A stretch of 64,000 nt of DNA from NCBI GenBank assembly GCA_002633005.1, contig NMRA01000197.1, positions 1-64,000 on the forward strand, given 5' to 3'. The notes beneath the pieces are model-generated. The model searched no databases, was not told the origin of the DNA, and was given only the letters and a program-made list of their open reading frames with translations. This document shows, in pieces, positions 25,676 through 37,885 of this stretch (positions are counted from its first letter, which is position 1; every line of letters starts with the position of its first letter). The translations under genes were made by a program, and so were the position numbers. Origin of the DNA: Phoronis australis. Its lineage: Eukaryota > Animalia > Phoronida.

Positions 25676-26002
25676 TCCTTCGCCGCCAGGAGAGGCAGGT
25701 GTAATACGATAAATTCTTGCAAGCCGCGTGGCTGGGCTAAGCACGCAGGGAACCAGCGAGGGTTCCCAGGGCTCACACTTTGACGTCACGCATAGCGTGT
25801 ACATGTGCAAAGGAGAGTAGATAACGATAACACTGCTTTCTCTGGTACCCGCGGTAGTTTCCTAAGTCGGTCTTCAGTGCTTATCTGCTTATCAGCGTGT
25901 TTGGCGTCTTGGCGTAGTTGGATCTTCCAGACGATTTAGTGATTTACTTTGTGTGTAATCATAGATTGGTGTGGTCAGGTGGTTAATCTTTAGACTGCAA
26001 CA

Positions 26003-29000
26003 AGTAAGTTCACTATTGTTTCATGTATCTGTTGGGGCAGGCCGATTCCTGTCTTGTTTTGTCTCTGGCTGTAGCAGGCCTACGGACGGGATGGCTGACC
26101 GAATTACGGTAGCTTAAATCATGAAAATGCACAGGCGTCCTCAGCTTCTGATCGTCCCCAGCCCGCAATACAAGTTGTATTATACTCGGGAACCCAATCA
26201 TGGTCGTCCGCCTAAGCATAAAACCGGCTTTTTGTCGTTCTCACCCAATTATTCCACTTCAAAGTTATGCTCTGCATAGAACTTGATTTGACCCTCACAA
26301 ATCCATAGTATTAGTTGATTCAAAAGTTTTCTTTTATTTATGCCGATTTGTTTGAACTGTGCATTGCTTTTCGGCAGCCATTTTATAATGACTTCTATGG
26401 TCGTCATATGCTGCCGCCTTTTGAAAGAACAGAAAACCACACAGAAAAAGGCCAAGAAAATAGTGGAAAGTGGTTTACAGCAATTATACTTCAACCACAA
26501 AGTGTTTCACTAGTACAATATCGATTTTCAAATCGATTAAAATTGATTTAGAATTTCAGTTCTGGAAAATAAATTGCACGGTTTTATTCCAGATAGACCT
26601 CACTTATTTTCTATTTGTGTCCTCTTTACTTGACTTTTTGGTCTTGTTGTTCTTAACACCACTTATCTCTTCTGTCTTTCTTTTTCTTTTTAGTTTTTCT
26701 TCATTCTCTGTTAACACCTTGTCAGCCAAAAGAGAACTGTAACCCAGACTTTGTCGGTGCCAGTTGATCATTGAACCTTGATACAATTGTTCTAATAAAT
26801 TACCCAATATCGTATTGTTTGATTTTTTCTCACCTTTAACAGGCTTCTGCAATCATAAATAAATAAATAAATACCCAAGTTGTATTTGCATTTTATTGCT
26901 CTATCTCTTGTTTTATTTTTGATTATGTCATGCTGTGTTGTATGTAACAATGCAATATAGTGAAATAAAGTCAATGTTTTACTTTATTGGTGGCCATTCT
27001 CTATCAATTCAAGTATTTTAATTTTCTTCAAATAAATTCAAAATGTTTTAACCAAAAATTTCAACATAAATGTTGAGCTCAGTACTCTGTTTTGCAATAA
27101 AAAACAAGTGGACAATATTTTGATGACCATGGTGTGGGCAGAAACTGTTAAGCACCCAGCGTGTTCTATTTGTCTGCTGCGTTTTTCCTTTGGCCTAACA
27201 GGTGTTGGTTAGTGCCTGGGACAAATAGATACATTGCGTAAACAATCCTAGTATTGTTTTTTGTTCCGTCTGAAGAAAATTTACTTTCGAAAATATCTTC
27301 TGAAAATGAACAAAAAAGTGCATTAGTAAAATCTACAAGTTTTTAATTGGTCCCAAAAAAACAGTCGGTGAATGCATTCATTTTAGTCTCAGTTCTTCCA
27401 TGCGTGTTTGTCCTGAGAGGTTAGTACCTAACGTGCAGGCGAGCACTCCAAATTGGAACGCTAAGTCCCACGTGGCTGCGCTGCACGCGAAAGAAAATGG
27501 CGGACGCCCTTTGGAGCCTGACTACGATAGGTATCCCGACTATATAGTCGGTATGCTACAGCCGTCCATAGCAAACACAAAACTCAATAAATTTACATAA
27601 AAAGAGGTTCAACAAACCATGAGGAATTGTTCTTTCTTCCAATACCATTTACAGTGTCCTGCTCCACCGAGTTCGCAAGAAATTCACGGTCAAGGTCAAA
27701 GCACAAAAATCTTCCCAAAACAGCTCGTCTGGAGCAACTTCCTGGTCTCAAGTGCAGGGTACGGAATCTCACTGGTTCCTCGCGTGCTTAGTCCAGCCAG
27801 CACGCAGGTATCACGCAGTGGCACGCGCTTTAGCATTGGTCGATGTAACCTCGGCTGTCATTGGTTAGTTTTACAACATCGTGAAAAAATGGTGGGCTGT
27901 GAACAATTTTTAGCCTAATTGCCATGCAAGTGGCGTCGCAGCAATTATTTCATTTCTACAGTGATGTTTAATAGCCGCGTGCTTGAAGCACATGCATGTA
28001 CAATAAACACATATCTGGCTGATTTAACCGGTGTGTTATTTATACTGTATGAATACAGGACACTATCGTAAACAAAAGTCATCGACAGTAGAAAGATGCA
28101 TTCCGAAAAGGCGCAATCACAATTTCTAGGCTTCACATTTCTTGAACATAAATTTTAAGCACTGATTTGTCTACACAACAGACCACATTAATTTACACTT
28201 CAGTCTATCAGTCATGCCAGTTTGTTTGTGTAAAGTGCTGCCTGTTGAGAATTCGACTAGCCAATCAGAAACGCCGGTGTAGAAAAATTTACCAAGGAAA
28301 ATTAAGTGATACGTGCATGCTGGCGCGGCTACCGCCCCACCTAGCGGCACTCGGAACCAGCGAGGGTACGGAATTATCCGATGAGTTACGGATGATCGGT
28401 GGAAAGTCACGGCATCGATAACTCGGCAATTGCCGTTGACATGTATTCCTTTCGGTCTCTTATTATTTTAACTCCAGAGCACCCATGGACATCTTTGATA
28501 TGAATACTTTTTGTTTCAGACGTTTTCCAAAAACTAACTAAAGGATTTCTTTACAAGCTTGGGGCACTAACACAAAAACAACAAGTTCACTAAATTTGCA
28601 TTTTGTTTTATTTGCATTCTATGATGTGGTCCCACAAGTTGAATTCTCTTAACAATAGCTGGATGACACCATATATACCGGTAAGCTTCTTAGCAAATAC
28701 TTTCGAAACTGAAAAAGTCCAATGCCAAGTTTAAATCCGGAGCAACATCTGTACTTGATTTTATGAAGTCTTTGTGCGAGACAGATTACATATTCCGCAA
28801 GTTTGGAACGTAAAAATAACACGTAAAAATAACACCTACCTTTATTTTTATTGGCTAAAAATTGTAGTGGGTGTGACGGACCTACGTGACAGATGTACAA
28901 ATTTTTCGTATATCCGTCACGCGTGTTCTGACTTAACGAATAATCCCTGTTGTCTAAAATGTGGGTCAATTTCATTGAGAAACAAGTTAAAAGAGAATCT

Positions 29001-32000
29001 GAAATTATTTTATTTTTTACTGAAAACTTTTGACGTGATGAAACGTTTTAGCACTTTTTTACACCATGATATTCAGGAGTTGGCCTTTGACCCAAGGAGG
29101 TCGACTATGTAATACAGGTCAAGTGATATTTTTTAGAAATTTTACGCTTTATGTGATTGCACAAATTTGATTTTATACCAAAATACCCATAATTAGATCA
29201 TTTATGACAATAATTAGCAAGACCCATAAAGATGGGGTAATTTTTAGGGTCATGTGACCCCAAAATGGGTCCGTTTAGGAAAAAATCAAAAGCTAACATG
29301 ACTCATAGGTCGTAAATGTGACATAAAGTAGATTTGGGGCCCTGTGGTTCACACTGACTCATAGCCATATTTTTCTAATAAACAATACCTGATCATAGGT
29401 AGGTTAACTACTTCTTAATGTGGTATTGGTTGTATTATTTTGGGTGGGTATGAATGAAAGAAAGGTTGACTATGTTGGTGGGTATGGTTCTTGCATCTAG
29501 GATACCCACTCTATTTTTTGTTTGGATTTTGAATGTGCAGTAGCTCTCGGTCCTTACACATTTTATGAAAGTGAGGCCTGACCAAGTTCTTCACCTATTT
29601 AACACACAGCATGGCGGATAAGTGAAATTTTATTTTGTCAAATTTCTAAACGGTAGTAGATGTTAAGAAAATTTTTGTCTTTTGTTAGCTCAGTTCGTAA
29701 CTTGCAGATCCCATAATGCAACAGTTGGTCAAGTTTTTATAGTTTAGAGGAAGGTAATAAGTCTTTAAAAAATGGGAAAATGGTTGTTCTAGCATTTATT
29801 TTTGTTTGAAATAAGCAAAGAATTTCCATCCTGTACTTGTTTTGCATTTTTCAGTTTGGCAATTTTAGTTCAGTCACTGTCTGTTTAGTAGTCAATTTAA
29901 ATTCTGCACCTGTTGTCCAAGATTTTGCTGCTTCGATAAAAATTCTCGAATTTGGGATTGTGAAAAATTAATTGTTTTGCTCAAGGTTGAAGCTTGTCCC
30001 AAATTGTAGAAATAGTGATAAAGTTACCCACTCTATAGATTGAAAACGCATTGTCCGACATTTGAGAAAATATGCTGAACGCCAAAATCGCCCTGGCCCC
30101 AAATTCCAGAATCCTGAAAATTCATTTTTTGCAGGAGTTTCCGTCTCCCAAATTCTAGAGTCTGTCCCAAATTGTAGGATTTTGCTGTATTTATGTCTCT
30201 TGGTGCTTATTGTTCTAAAATATTGCCGTTATTTCCATTACAGTGCCAAAGTACACACTTGTCTATTTTGATATCCGAGGTAGGTTCGTCTTACGTGTAG
30301 CTTAAACTAGAAACTAACCGTAGAATTAACCCAGATACTGGAGGCCATTCCTACAGGATTGCTGCTGTGTCTTGCACCTTTCAGGATACTGCTACAACGC
30401 TAACATTAACTTGTCAATCTGAGCTTTGAAAGTGTGGGTTGAGAGCCACTGAAGACAGAGAGGTGGGAGTTTAGCTGGCTGACTTACAGTGAAATCTGAG
30501 CTGACTGCTCATGTCAAAAAATATCTAGGCATGAAAGTACCACCAGAGTTAGACTTAGCAGGCCTTGTACATTCACTGCATAAAACCATCACTGAATGTA
30601 CAAGTGCTCCACCTTGGTCTTTCATTGTTTGGAGGTTATTGTCTAGAGTTGACCTATCACCTCTCACACCTGGATGACCTTACTTGTTACCTTGACCTTT
30701 ACATAATACTGTGTCCTGTACCTCTGAGAATGAGGAGTGTACCTCGAAACTTGTCAGAAAATGAAGTTGTGTTTTAGATTTTCTGTGTACGTATGCCTAT
30801 TTCATGTGCCCTACCAGCCATAATAATGGGGGCCTCAAATTTTTGAAAATGTGGACCTTTCACTGAAGATTAACGGGTTATGTTCAGGGCTGTGAAGTGT
30901 GCATTCGCCGAATTTTGACATTTCCTGCCATTTTAGTGGACTTTTGCCTCATTTTCTCTGAGGCGGACCTTTTTGCCCACTTCGCCAAATAGAGGGGGAG
31001 GGCTTGTTTGAGTCCCCGTGGGTGCGCGTATGCCTATTTGGTGCTTGTTGCCAGTTGTTGGGTATAGGTGTTTTCATAGCCTAAGGCACATAGGTCCAGA
31101 CGGTACTAGTAAGTGTTGGCATGTGTCCAGGCATGATTGTGCACCTTGAAATATTCTCGTCATCAACAGCAGTGGAATTGTATTATCACAACATCAGATG
31201 AAATGTCATCATTGGACCATGGATGTGAACTGAAATCCAAGTCGCTTCCTTGAACACCATTTGTAAAATCTCTTTTTCTATGTACACCAACCTGCAACCA
31301 ACTTTGGCACAATATTTTGGTCAGTCGTTCCTCCGGCCCTCTTTTTACGGCGCTGCGTGAATAAGCATGGTTCTCCAAAAAGTTCTTAATTGTTTTGACC
31401 ACTGTGAGTGTACTGCACACGCTTCCTCATTCTTTTAATAATGCTGCCGCACCCGCTGTGATGGTTGGAAGAGGAGTTGGGGGGGGGGGTCAAGTTGTAC
31501 TGTTTCTGGTTTTGAGAAACAATAAAGATGTTATGAGTGAAACGGAGCTGTCGCATAATTCAGTAGTAAGGCTAATTGTATGTTACATAACATAATTCTG
31601 AAATGGTAAAACGGAATTTGCTGATTTGTCAAGCAGAATACAAAAGGTGGTATTGCGGTAGGTTATTAAACAAATTCCTGTTTTGAAAGCGGAAAGTTAG
31701 GGTTTCTATAGTATATGAATGAGATGTTGTTTTTGTTAACTTTCATATTCATGCATAGTTTTGAACACTACTACAGCCAAAAGTAACAAGAGGTAGACCG
31801 TACATTTTCTGACATTGAAATATGTTATGTTCTGTTGCTTGCTATACCACAGATGAAGTCACTTCACCACTCAAGAACAGATTGGGATAATGTTTTTGTG
31901 GTAAATTCCTTTTGGAAATAATAGTTCTATAACTAGTGGGATATACTTGTTTTCAGGCCTTGCGGAAACCATCCGGCTGCTGTTCATTGACAATGGTGTA

Positions 32001-35000
32001 GAATTTCAAGAGGAAGCTATTGCTTTCGATAAGTGGAAGGATATAAAGCCCACAATGGTAAGTCTACTATGAACTTGATTAACTTTCCTCTAGCACTGTT
32101 GAGATTGGTATTGGAGTTGACTAATTTAGTGCTGCAGTATTGCTCATGGATACACTGAAAGCCAGGTACACCGTGTGGCTTGAACACTAACTAAGGCCAA
32201 AAGGTTATCACCAATTTACTGCATCCCTAGTTGGTGACAAGAGACATTGGTGACTAGTGTTGCACCCTAATTCCACTTGACCTGTGACTTGAGTGAAGAT
32301 TTAAGGCAGCGACATTTCACAGCATTTTAAAACTATATTCTTTGAGATATTCATACCATCAAATTACCACTGTTGCATTGGGTGATTCTCAATCGATTCA
32401 TGGCAAAATTAAGACGATTGGTCACTTTTGTTTTAGGCCAAAACATGAGCATGGATTACTCTGGTGTTCAGATTTTAGACAAGGATAATGCCACCCTTAG
32501 TCTCCTCATAAAGGAAGCTATGGATATACGGTTGAACCATGCTGAGCGCTATCTCAATAGAAACATTGGCTCATTTGAGCTCCAACTGTTTTAATTTCTG
32601 GTCTCTCCCTTCACAATGCATTTTGACGTGCACCTGTATTAACAGTCTGTTCTCCACCTGTCATCTGATTGAATAATGTGAACTTTTGCCTTGAGAATGG
32701 TTTGTAGTGAATAAACTGAAACGTCAGATCAATATGTCTTTGTTTACTTGCATGCTAATTTTAAAGCTTGTGCTTGAGATAAAATTTCCGATTTCAAAAA
32801 TGCACTTAATCATCTTTGTCAAATCAGTCCTTCTTGAATTCGTGTAAACCACACGCAGAAGTGCGTCAATGCCACTCTGATTTAATTTCTTTGTAAACAC
32901 AGCTTGCCAGATATAAGACAGGCAAGCATGGGCCTCAGCTGGGTTTGGGTTGGGTTCGAATACTATAGCTCACCCATTTGCGATGCAGTCGTGGGGGCAT
33001 TTCAATGCTTTGCCTTGCTCTTGTTCTATTTTTCAAGAGCTGATTACTTTCCTGCAAGTATTGGGAAACTTCAGGTGTTTTATTTTACAAACCAAGCTAT
33101 ATTCGCTGAAGTAATATTTTTGTTGCAGCTTCATTTGGCAAAACAAGTTTTATTTGTCTGCCACATTGTGTGCAAAGTTAGTGAAAAATTACCGCATGTA
33201 TAAAATATCTTTGTACACTGTTGATGACGACACCACTCAAAACATTCAGTTTTTACCATATCTGTACCATGACTTTTAATATCTTGTTTTTTCCTTGATT
33301 TTTTAGAGATTTGGCCAAGTCCCTTGTCTCAAGGTAGATGGAGAAGAGATGGTACAGTCTAATGCCATTCTGCGCTATTTAGCTAAAAGCCATGGTATGA
33401 TTAATTAAACACAGTTTTTGACAAAGAACACTGTTAAGTTTTCAACTGGTTTATCATTGTCTTCTGAGAGTTATCTCACAATGCGTCAAAAGTAAATTAT
33501 GACACTGGGTGCTGACGACATAAAGCAATATGTTCTCCACCACCTCTGCTATGGAGAGCATATGCTCAGTTTTCAATGTATGTATGGTGGTGAAAATGAT
33601 GATGATGATGGTTGCTATTACCTAGTACTTATATTGCTGGACTGCAATAACGCTGGTGAATTAACAATATGTACAGTCTCATTTTCTTTGTTTTACAAGT
33701 ACAACAGCGTAAATATCTTATAAACATACATAAAGTATACAAGTATAAAAATATACAGAATCCCTTTTATAGACCATACATTCGCAATTATAACGAATGT
33801 AATTACAAGAACAGTTTTATACACTAACCAAGAAATTCACAGCTATCAAAATGGTAATGGAAATGTCGGGGAGAGGAGGGAGGGTCGTGGCGCATTCTTT
33901 GGATCACCTCTGATGTGTTGTAGGGTTTTAAAATAATCATTCCTGTTAGTGACTTGATTGTAGTTGTTGAAAACACATTACTGGTTGGGTCAACCCATAG
34001 CCTTTTATAGGTACGGGTACTTATCTTCTACATCGTTTGCATTAAAACTATACTGGGTCGTTATATTTAACTCGTGAATAATTGTGTAGCTAGAAGTGAT
34101 CCAACTATAACTTGTCCAAGGAATGATTATCTTAGAATTCTACAACATATTAGAGGCGATCCAAAAATGCGACAAGACCCTGTAAAATGAGGATAAGGTA
34201 ATCGTGGAACATCTGGACTTCAGAGTTGCTATGTTGGGAAGTGGAGAACGTCATGAATTCAAAAGGGCCGATTGTATTCAAACGTAACTTTCAATTGAAG
34301 TGTTCCAACTATAACTTCTCTTGAGGGTCTGTATGGTACTGACCTTCAGTCGCACAAGGTCATTTAAGTTAAGTTATAAATGATCATGTAGCTGATGTAA
34401 TCGAACTATAACTTCACTTGAAGTTTTCTAATGTAGCTGAAATGGTCCAACTGTTCTTCTCTTGAAGGTCTCTACGGTAGTGACCCTAAGTCCCAGTATC
34501 AAATTGACATGTGGAATGATGGTGTGGATGATGTGAAGAAGAAGTACATCGAGATGATCTACCGTAATTATGTAAGTTCTGGCACGTGCATAGATGTAGA
34601 CTAGAAACAGATGGCTACAACTTGACTTAAGTTTGTGTATAGCTGGGTGGCCACATTTTATGTGTGGTACTGAGTGTTATGGACTCAAACTTTGAAACCT
34701 CTGGATTGATTTTGATGACATAGGCACCGGATTCTTGTGTTTTTGTAATCTTGTGATATCACTTTCGATATTTAAATGAAAATCCTCTCAAATCCTTAAT
34801 TTAAGTATCCTGCTAATAGTCTGTGTATTATTGTTTTATTCACACTTGTCATTATTTTACATTTAATGTACCAAGGTCCCTTATCCATCTCCGGTTACGC
34901 TGGTTTGTTTATAATGAAATTCCGCACAACAATATGGCGCCTTGTTAGCCGCATTTCTTCATGGCTATTTATAGTTCAAGCGATCTTTATATGCCTATGG

Positions 35001-37643
35001 GTGTGCCTGCATGCTAAAGATGTCATTGTTTGGTTCAATGAAATCGAAGGATGTGTTACTTCTTCATTATGTACAAGAAAGATTTGAAATAGGCTGGACA
35101 CCTTTTGGACAGTATGCAGGACATAGTCTCTGTTGAACACAGTTCTGACTAGCATATTTAGTGGACTTGAGAGGGAATGGGAAAATATCACTTGGATGTA
35201 GTACCAAAAAACAGGGTAAGAAGAATTTCCTTCTGGCCTATACTGAATGTGTTGAGGTATAACTCTCCATCTGCATTGGCCCTAAGGCACAACCTGAGAC
35301 TTGCAAATGAGTATCTAATCAAACATCAGAAAATCAAAATGTAAAGTAGAATTTTTAACTCATGATTCACTTGAAAAGTTGAAGTTGAATGCAGAAGAGA
35401 ACTCTTTTATCCATTCATCAGCAATTCGTGTTTAAATTCATTTGTTCAATCTCTATTTATAGGATCAAGGCAAAGGTGCTTATATTGAAAGCATTCCATC
35501 TCTGTTGGCCCCCTTTGAGGTAACTGTTTTCTACAAGATTTCTTGTTCAGTTCAACGTCTTCTCAATCAATACGAGTGCTTACATTTTGAATTGAGGTTT
35601 CTTTAAATAACCGTACAGTTATGTTAATGAAACTGCATTTAAGAAGATTCTAAAACTATCTAAGTGTCCCTCTAAGAGGCCTGGAATGTGATAAACAGAC
35701 TAAAGTGCAATATTGAAAGTGGTTCTCTGCCACTGAAACAAAATTCAACCTGCTCACCAAGTAGTTTAGGGTTTGTTCGTAAAGATTTTTGATTTCTGTT
35801 GATATCAAAGCATTTTCTTTTAGTTTCAAATTTAAAAAAAATCATCTCTCAGCTGCTCACCACTTTGTCGATTTTTCTCCCACAAGGCAAAGCGCGTCTC
35901 CTTATTTGGTGTGGCAAGACGTAGACATAGCACATTTCCCTTATATGTGACCTTTGACCTAAAGTAACTTCAAGCAACTGACTGTGAGGGCATGTGTGCA
36001 TTTAACATTAAGTGGGAGGGAGATTAGAAACTGTCGCAGTGGTAACCACATAGTTTTTCCCGTATTTTAAAAATCGCGGAGTTTGTGATTTTTCTGTAAA
36101 TTTCCTCATAGGAGGGAGTGAATTACTCTGCACTAGTAATTGAGAGATATCACTTTCATCGTGAATTGTTCAAGATATTTTTGACAAGCTTTCGCATTCC
36201 ATGCCTCTTTAATGGGAGCTCTTCCTATTTCATCAGCCACTCGGCATTCATTCCCGCCACTCAGACTCATGTCCTTTCTTAGGTGCCACCAGCCTTTTCT
36301 TTGAAATGGCTTTAGAATTGCAAGTTTTTTAGAATTGCAAGTTTTTACGCCACCAACTTTTCATAAGTGGGTGCATGTTGCGGTCATCTCCATCTGGGTG
36401 TCCGGCGTCCCCTGCTGTATACCTTGCAAAATGTTGCTGAGATTTGGAAGTTGTGCTCCTATGAAGCTGATGACAGATTACACTCTTTCACAGTGCTACG
36501 AAAGGTAGCACTGTGGAATGTTGTTTAACATGCCTTCGCATTCGTTAAAGTAATGAAACAGACGTCATAACATAGCCATTCCCATTGGTTGAAATCTGGG
36601 AGAAACCTTTCAGTTTACTTTTAAGCAGTATGGCGAACAGCTTTGACTTGAATAGTTGCAATTTATTAAAACGGGCAGTGATCGAAGTAAACAAAATGAA
36701 GGAAACCCCGATCCAGGGGCTTAAGCCCAAATGAGTACAGTGCATAGGTGTGTGCAAGTGGTGGAGATGTGATCGATAAACTTCCGACCAAGCATGTGTG
36801 GTTCATCATGTTTCTACAGGGCCACTTTACAGTATAGGTGGCACTGTGTCTGGGTAATGGTCTGATATAACGTGCCCGAATTTTGAGAACCAGTTTTCCC
36901 CACTAAACAACGGGCATCAAACTGGTTCTCAAAATGCGGGCACGTTATTTCAGACTATTTCCCTGTGTCTGAGGGTAATGACAGATAAATCGGACTACCA
37001 CTGCATCGCAGCAGCAAATTTATTTCTTCTGTTTGAAAATGGTTTGTGTTTCTTGTTTTACAGAAGCATCTTGGCAGCAGTAAATTCCTGGCTGGAGACA
37101 AGGTAATTAAAATGACTATAGTGGCTTAAATACCACCAGCATCATGTTTTTTCTGAACTACAATAGAAATTAAATGAAATAAAAATTATAATTATTTCTT
37201 CTACTGTGGAACCAAGAGATGTAATCTTTGTCTGGTTTATGTTGAATTTTTTATTACCACTTTGTGGCTGTCGGTATTTACCTTTAAATGTCCAGTGCAC
37301 CTGTTGATAAGGTGCATCATTCAGTTTCCCATTTTCTGACATTTTGTGAAACCGGCTTTCTCTTAACTTATGAAAATAGTCTCAATTTGTTCCTTAGCTA
37401 AATTATTAATCAGGGAAATTATTAATCAGGGAGTTATTCCATTCCATTTTACAGATTTCATTTGCTGACTACAACTTTTTCAACTTGGTCGACTTCCATG
37501 AGATTCTCGCACCAGGAACTTTGGCTAAAGTCCCAGCTATCAAAGCATATTTCCAGAGAATTGCTGATCGTCCCAAGATTGCCGAGTACCGTAAGACTGA
37601 CCTGTTCCAAACTCGTCCGGTGAATGGAAATGGCAAGCAATAG
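26003..37643 (+). CDS. GSTP1: Glutathione S-transferase, Pi class (204 aa)
   Basis: Exons: 26003 (A of ATG, caacaA|gtaagt; duplicate at 22044), 30244-30279 (TG CCA.. MPKYTLVYFDIRG), 31957-32057, 33307-33394 (RFGQVPCL..QSNAILRYL), 34468-34571, 35463-35519, 37064-37102, 37455-37643 (ISFADYN...RPVNGNGKQ*). Total 615 nt in frame. Catalytic Tyr near the N-terminus and the Pi-diagnostic NGNGKQ C-terminus are present. The position of exon 1 is inferred. Confidence 0.93.
26183..27542 (+). mobile_element. Non-autonomous TA-TSD DNA transposon of about 1.36 kb in GST intron 1 (copy truncated by the N at about 22224-23311)
   Basis: TA-tactcgggaacccaatcatggtc ... gactacgataggtatcccgacta-TA, with imperfect TIRs. 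Same family as 24224-25032. Confidence 0.7.
27768..28364. mobile_element. 597-bp TIR element with a perfect 10-bp TSD (Mutator-like by TSD length)
   Basis: GGTACGGAAT at 27758-27767 and 28365-28374. Ends ctcactggttcc / ggaaccagcgag, plus inverted subterminal CCAAT-containing motifs. Confidence 0.75.
32443..32728 (+). mobile_element. Penelope-like retroelement 3' remnant (GIY-YIG C-terminus)
   Basis: MSMDYSGVQILDKDNATLSLLIKEAMDIRLNHAERYLNRNIGSFELQLF* matches the ILD.....L.IKEA..I......LNR..G tail of PLE endonucleases. A hammerhead-like cttgagaatggttt...aaactgaaacgtcag follows. Confidence 0.6.
36852..36963. mobile_element. Small hairpin MITE family (related copies about 20765-20860, 23908-24003, 45909-46010, 50800-50900)
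   Basis: gggtaatggtctgatataacgtgcccgaattttgagaaccagttt ... aaactggttctcaaaatgcgggcacgttatttcagactatttccc; the arms are complementary. Confidence 0.75.
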
Positions 37644-37879
37644 CTTACAATGAAGCTGTAAATTGGCACGAATTTCAACTTTTTAGTTGTTAGTTGTTTG
37701 TGATATGAACTCAGAAAGCATTCTGTAGCAACATTATTTCAATACAAAATCTCTCATTCCTGCTATGTCTTGTGGACTGGCATAAGAACACGTAACATGA
37801 ATCTGCGATGTCGGGTTGAAAATGACAATCACAAAATAGTAAGTGCAATGAAATGTAATGTCAGACTGATCGTGACACT

Positions 37880-37885
37880 AATAAA
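37880..37885 (+). terminator. Probable GST-Pi polyadenylation signal
   Basis: AATAAA about 240 nt after the stop codon, followed by GT/T-rich sequence (ttggttttgttt). Confidence 0.5.

Larger units (their letters stand above)
23313..27266. repeat. Copy B of the MDM/GST-Pi promoter block; carries an extra 809-bp insertion
   Basis: Starts at catcaagataac directly after N 23312, matching 20170, and ends at gttttttgttc, matching 23311. Confidence 0.9.

Noticed and set aside
29299-29361. Two AP-1 sites (TGACTCA) in GST intron 1
   Set aside because: The 7-mer is common, occurs many times in local repeats and lacks the full ARE context.
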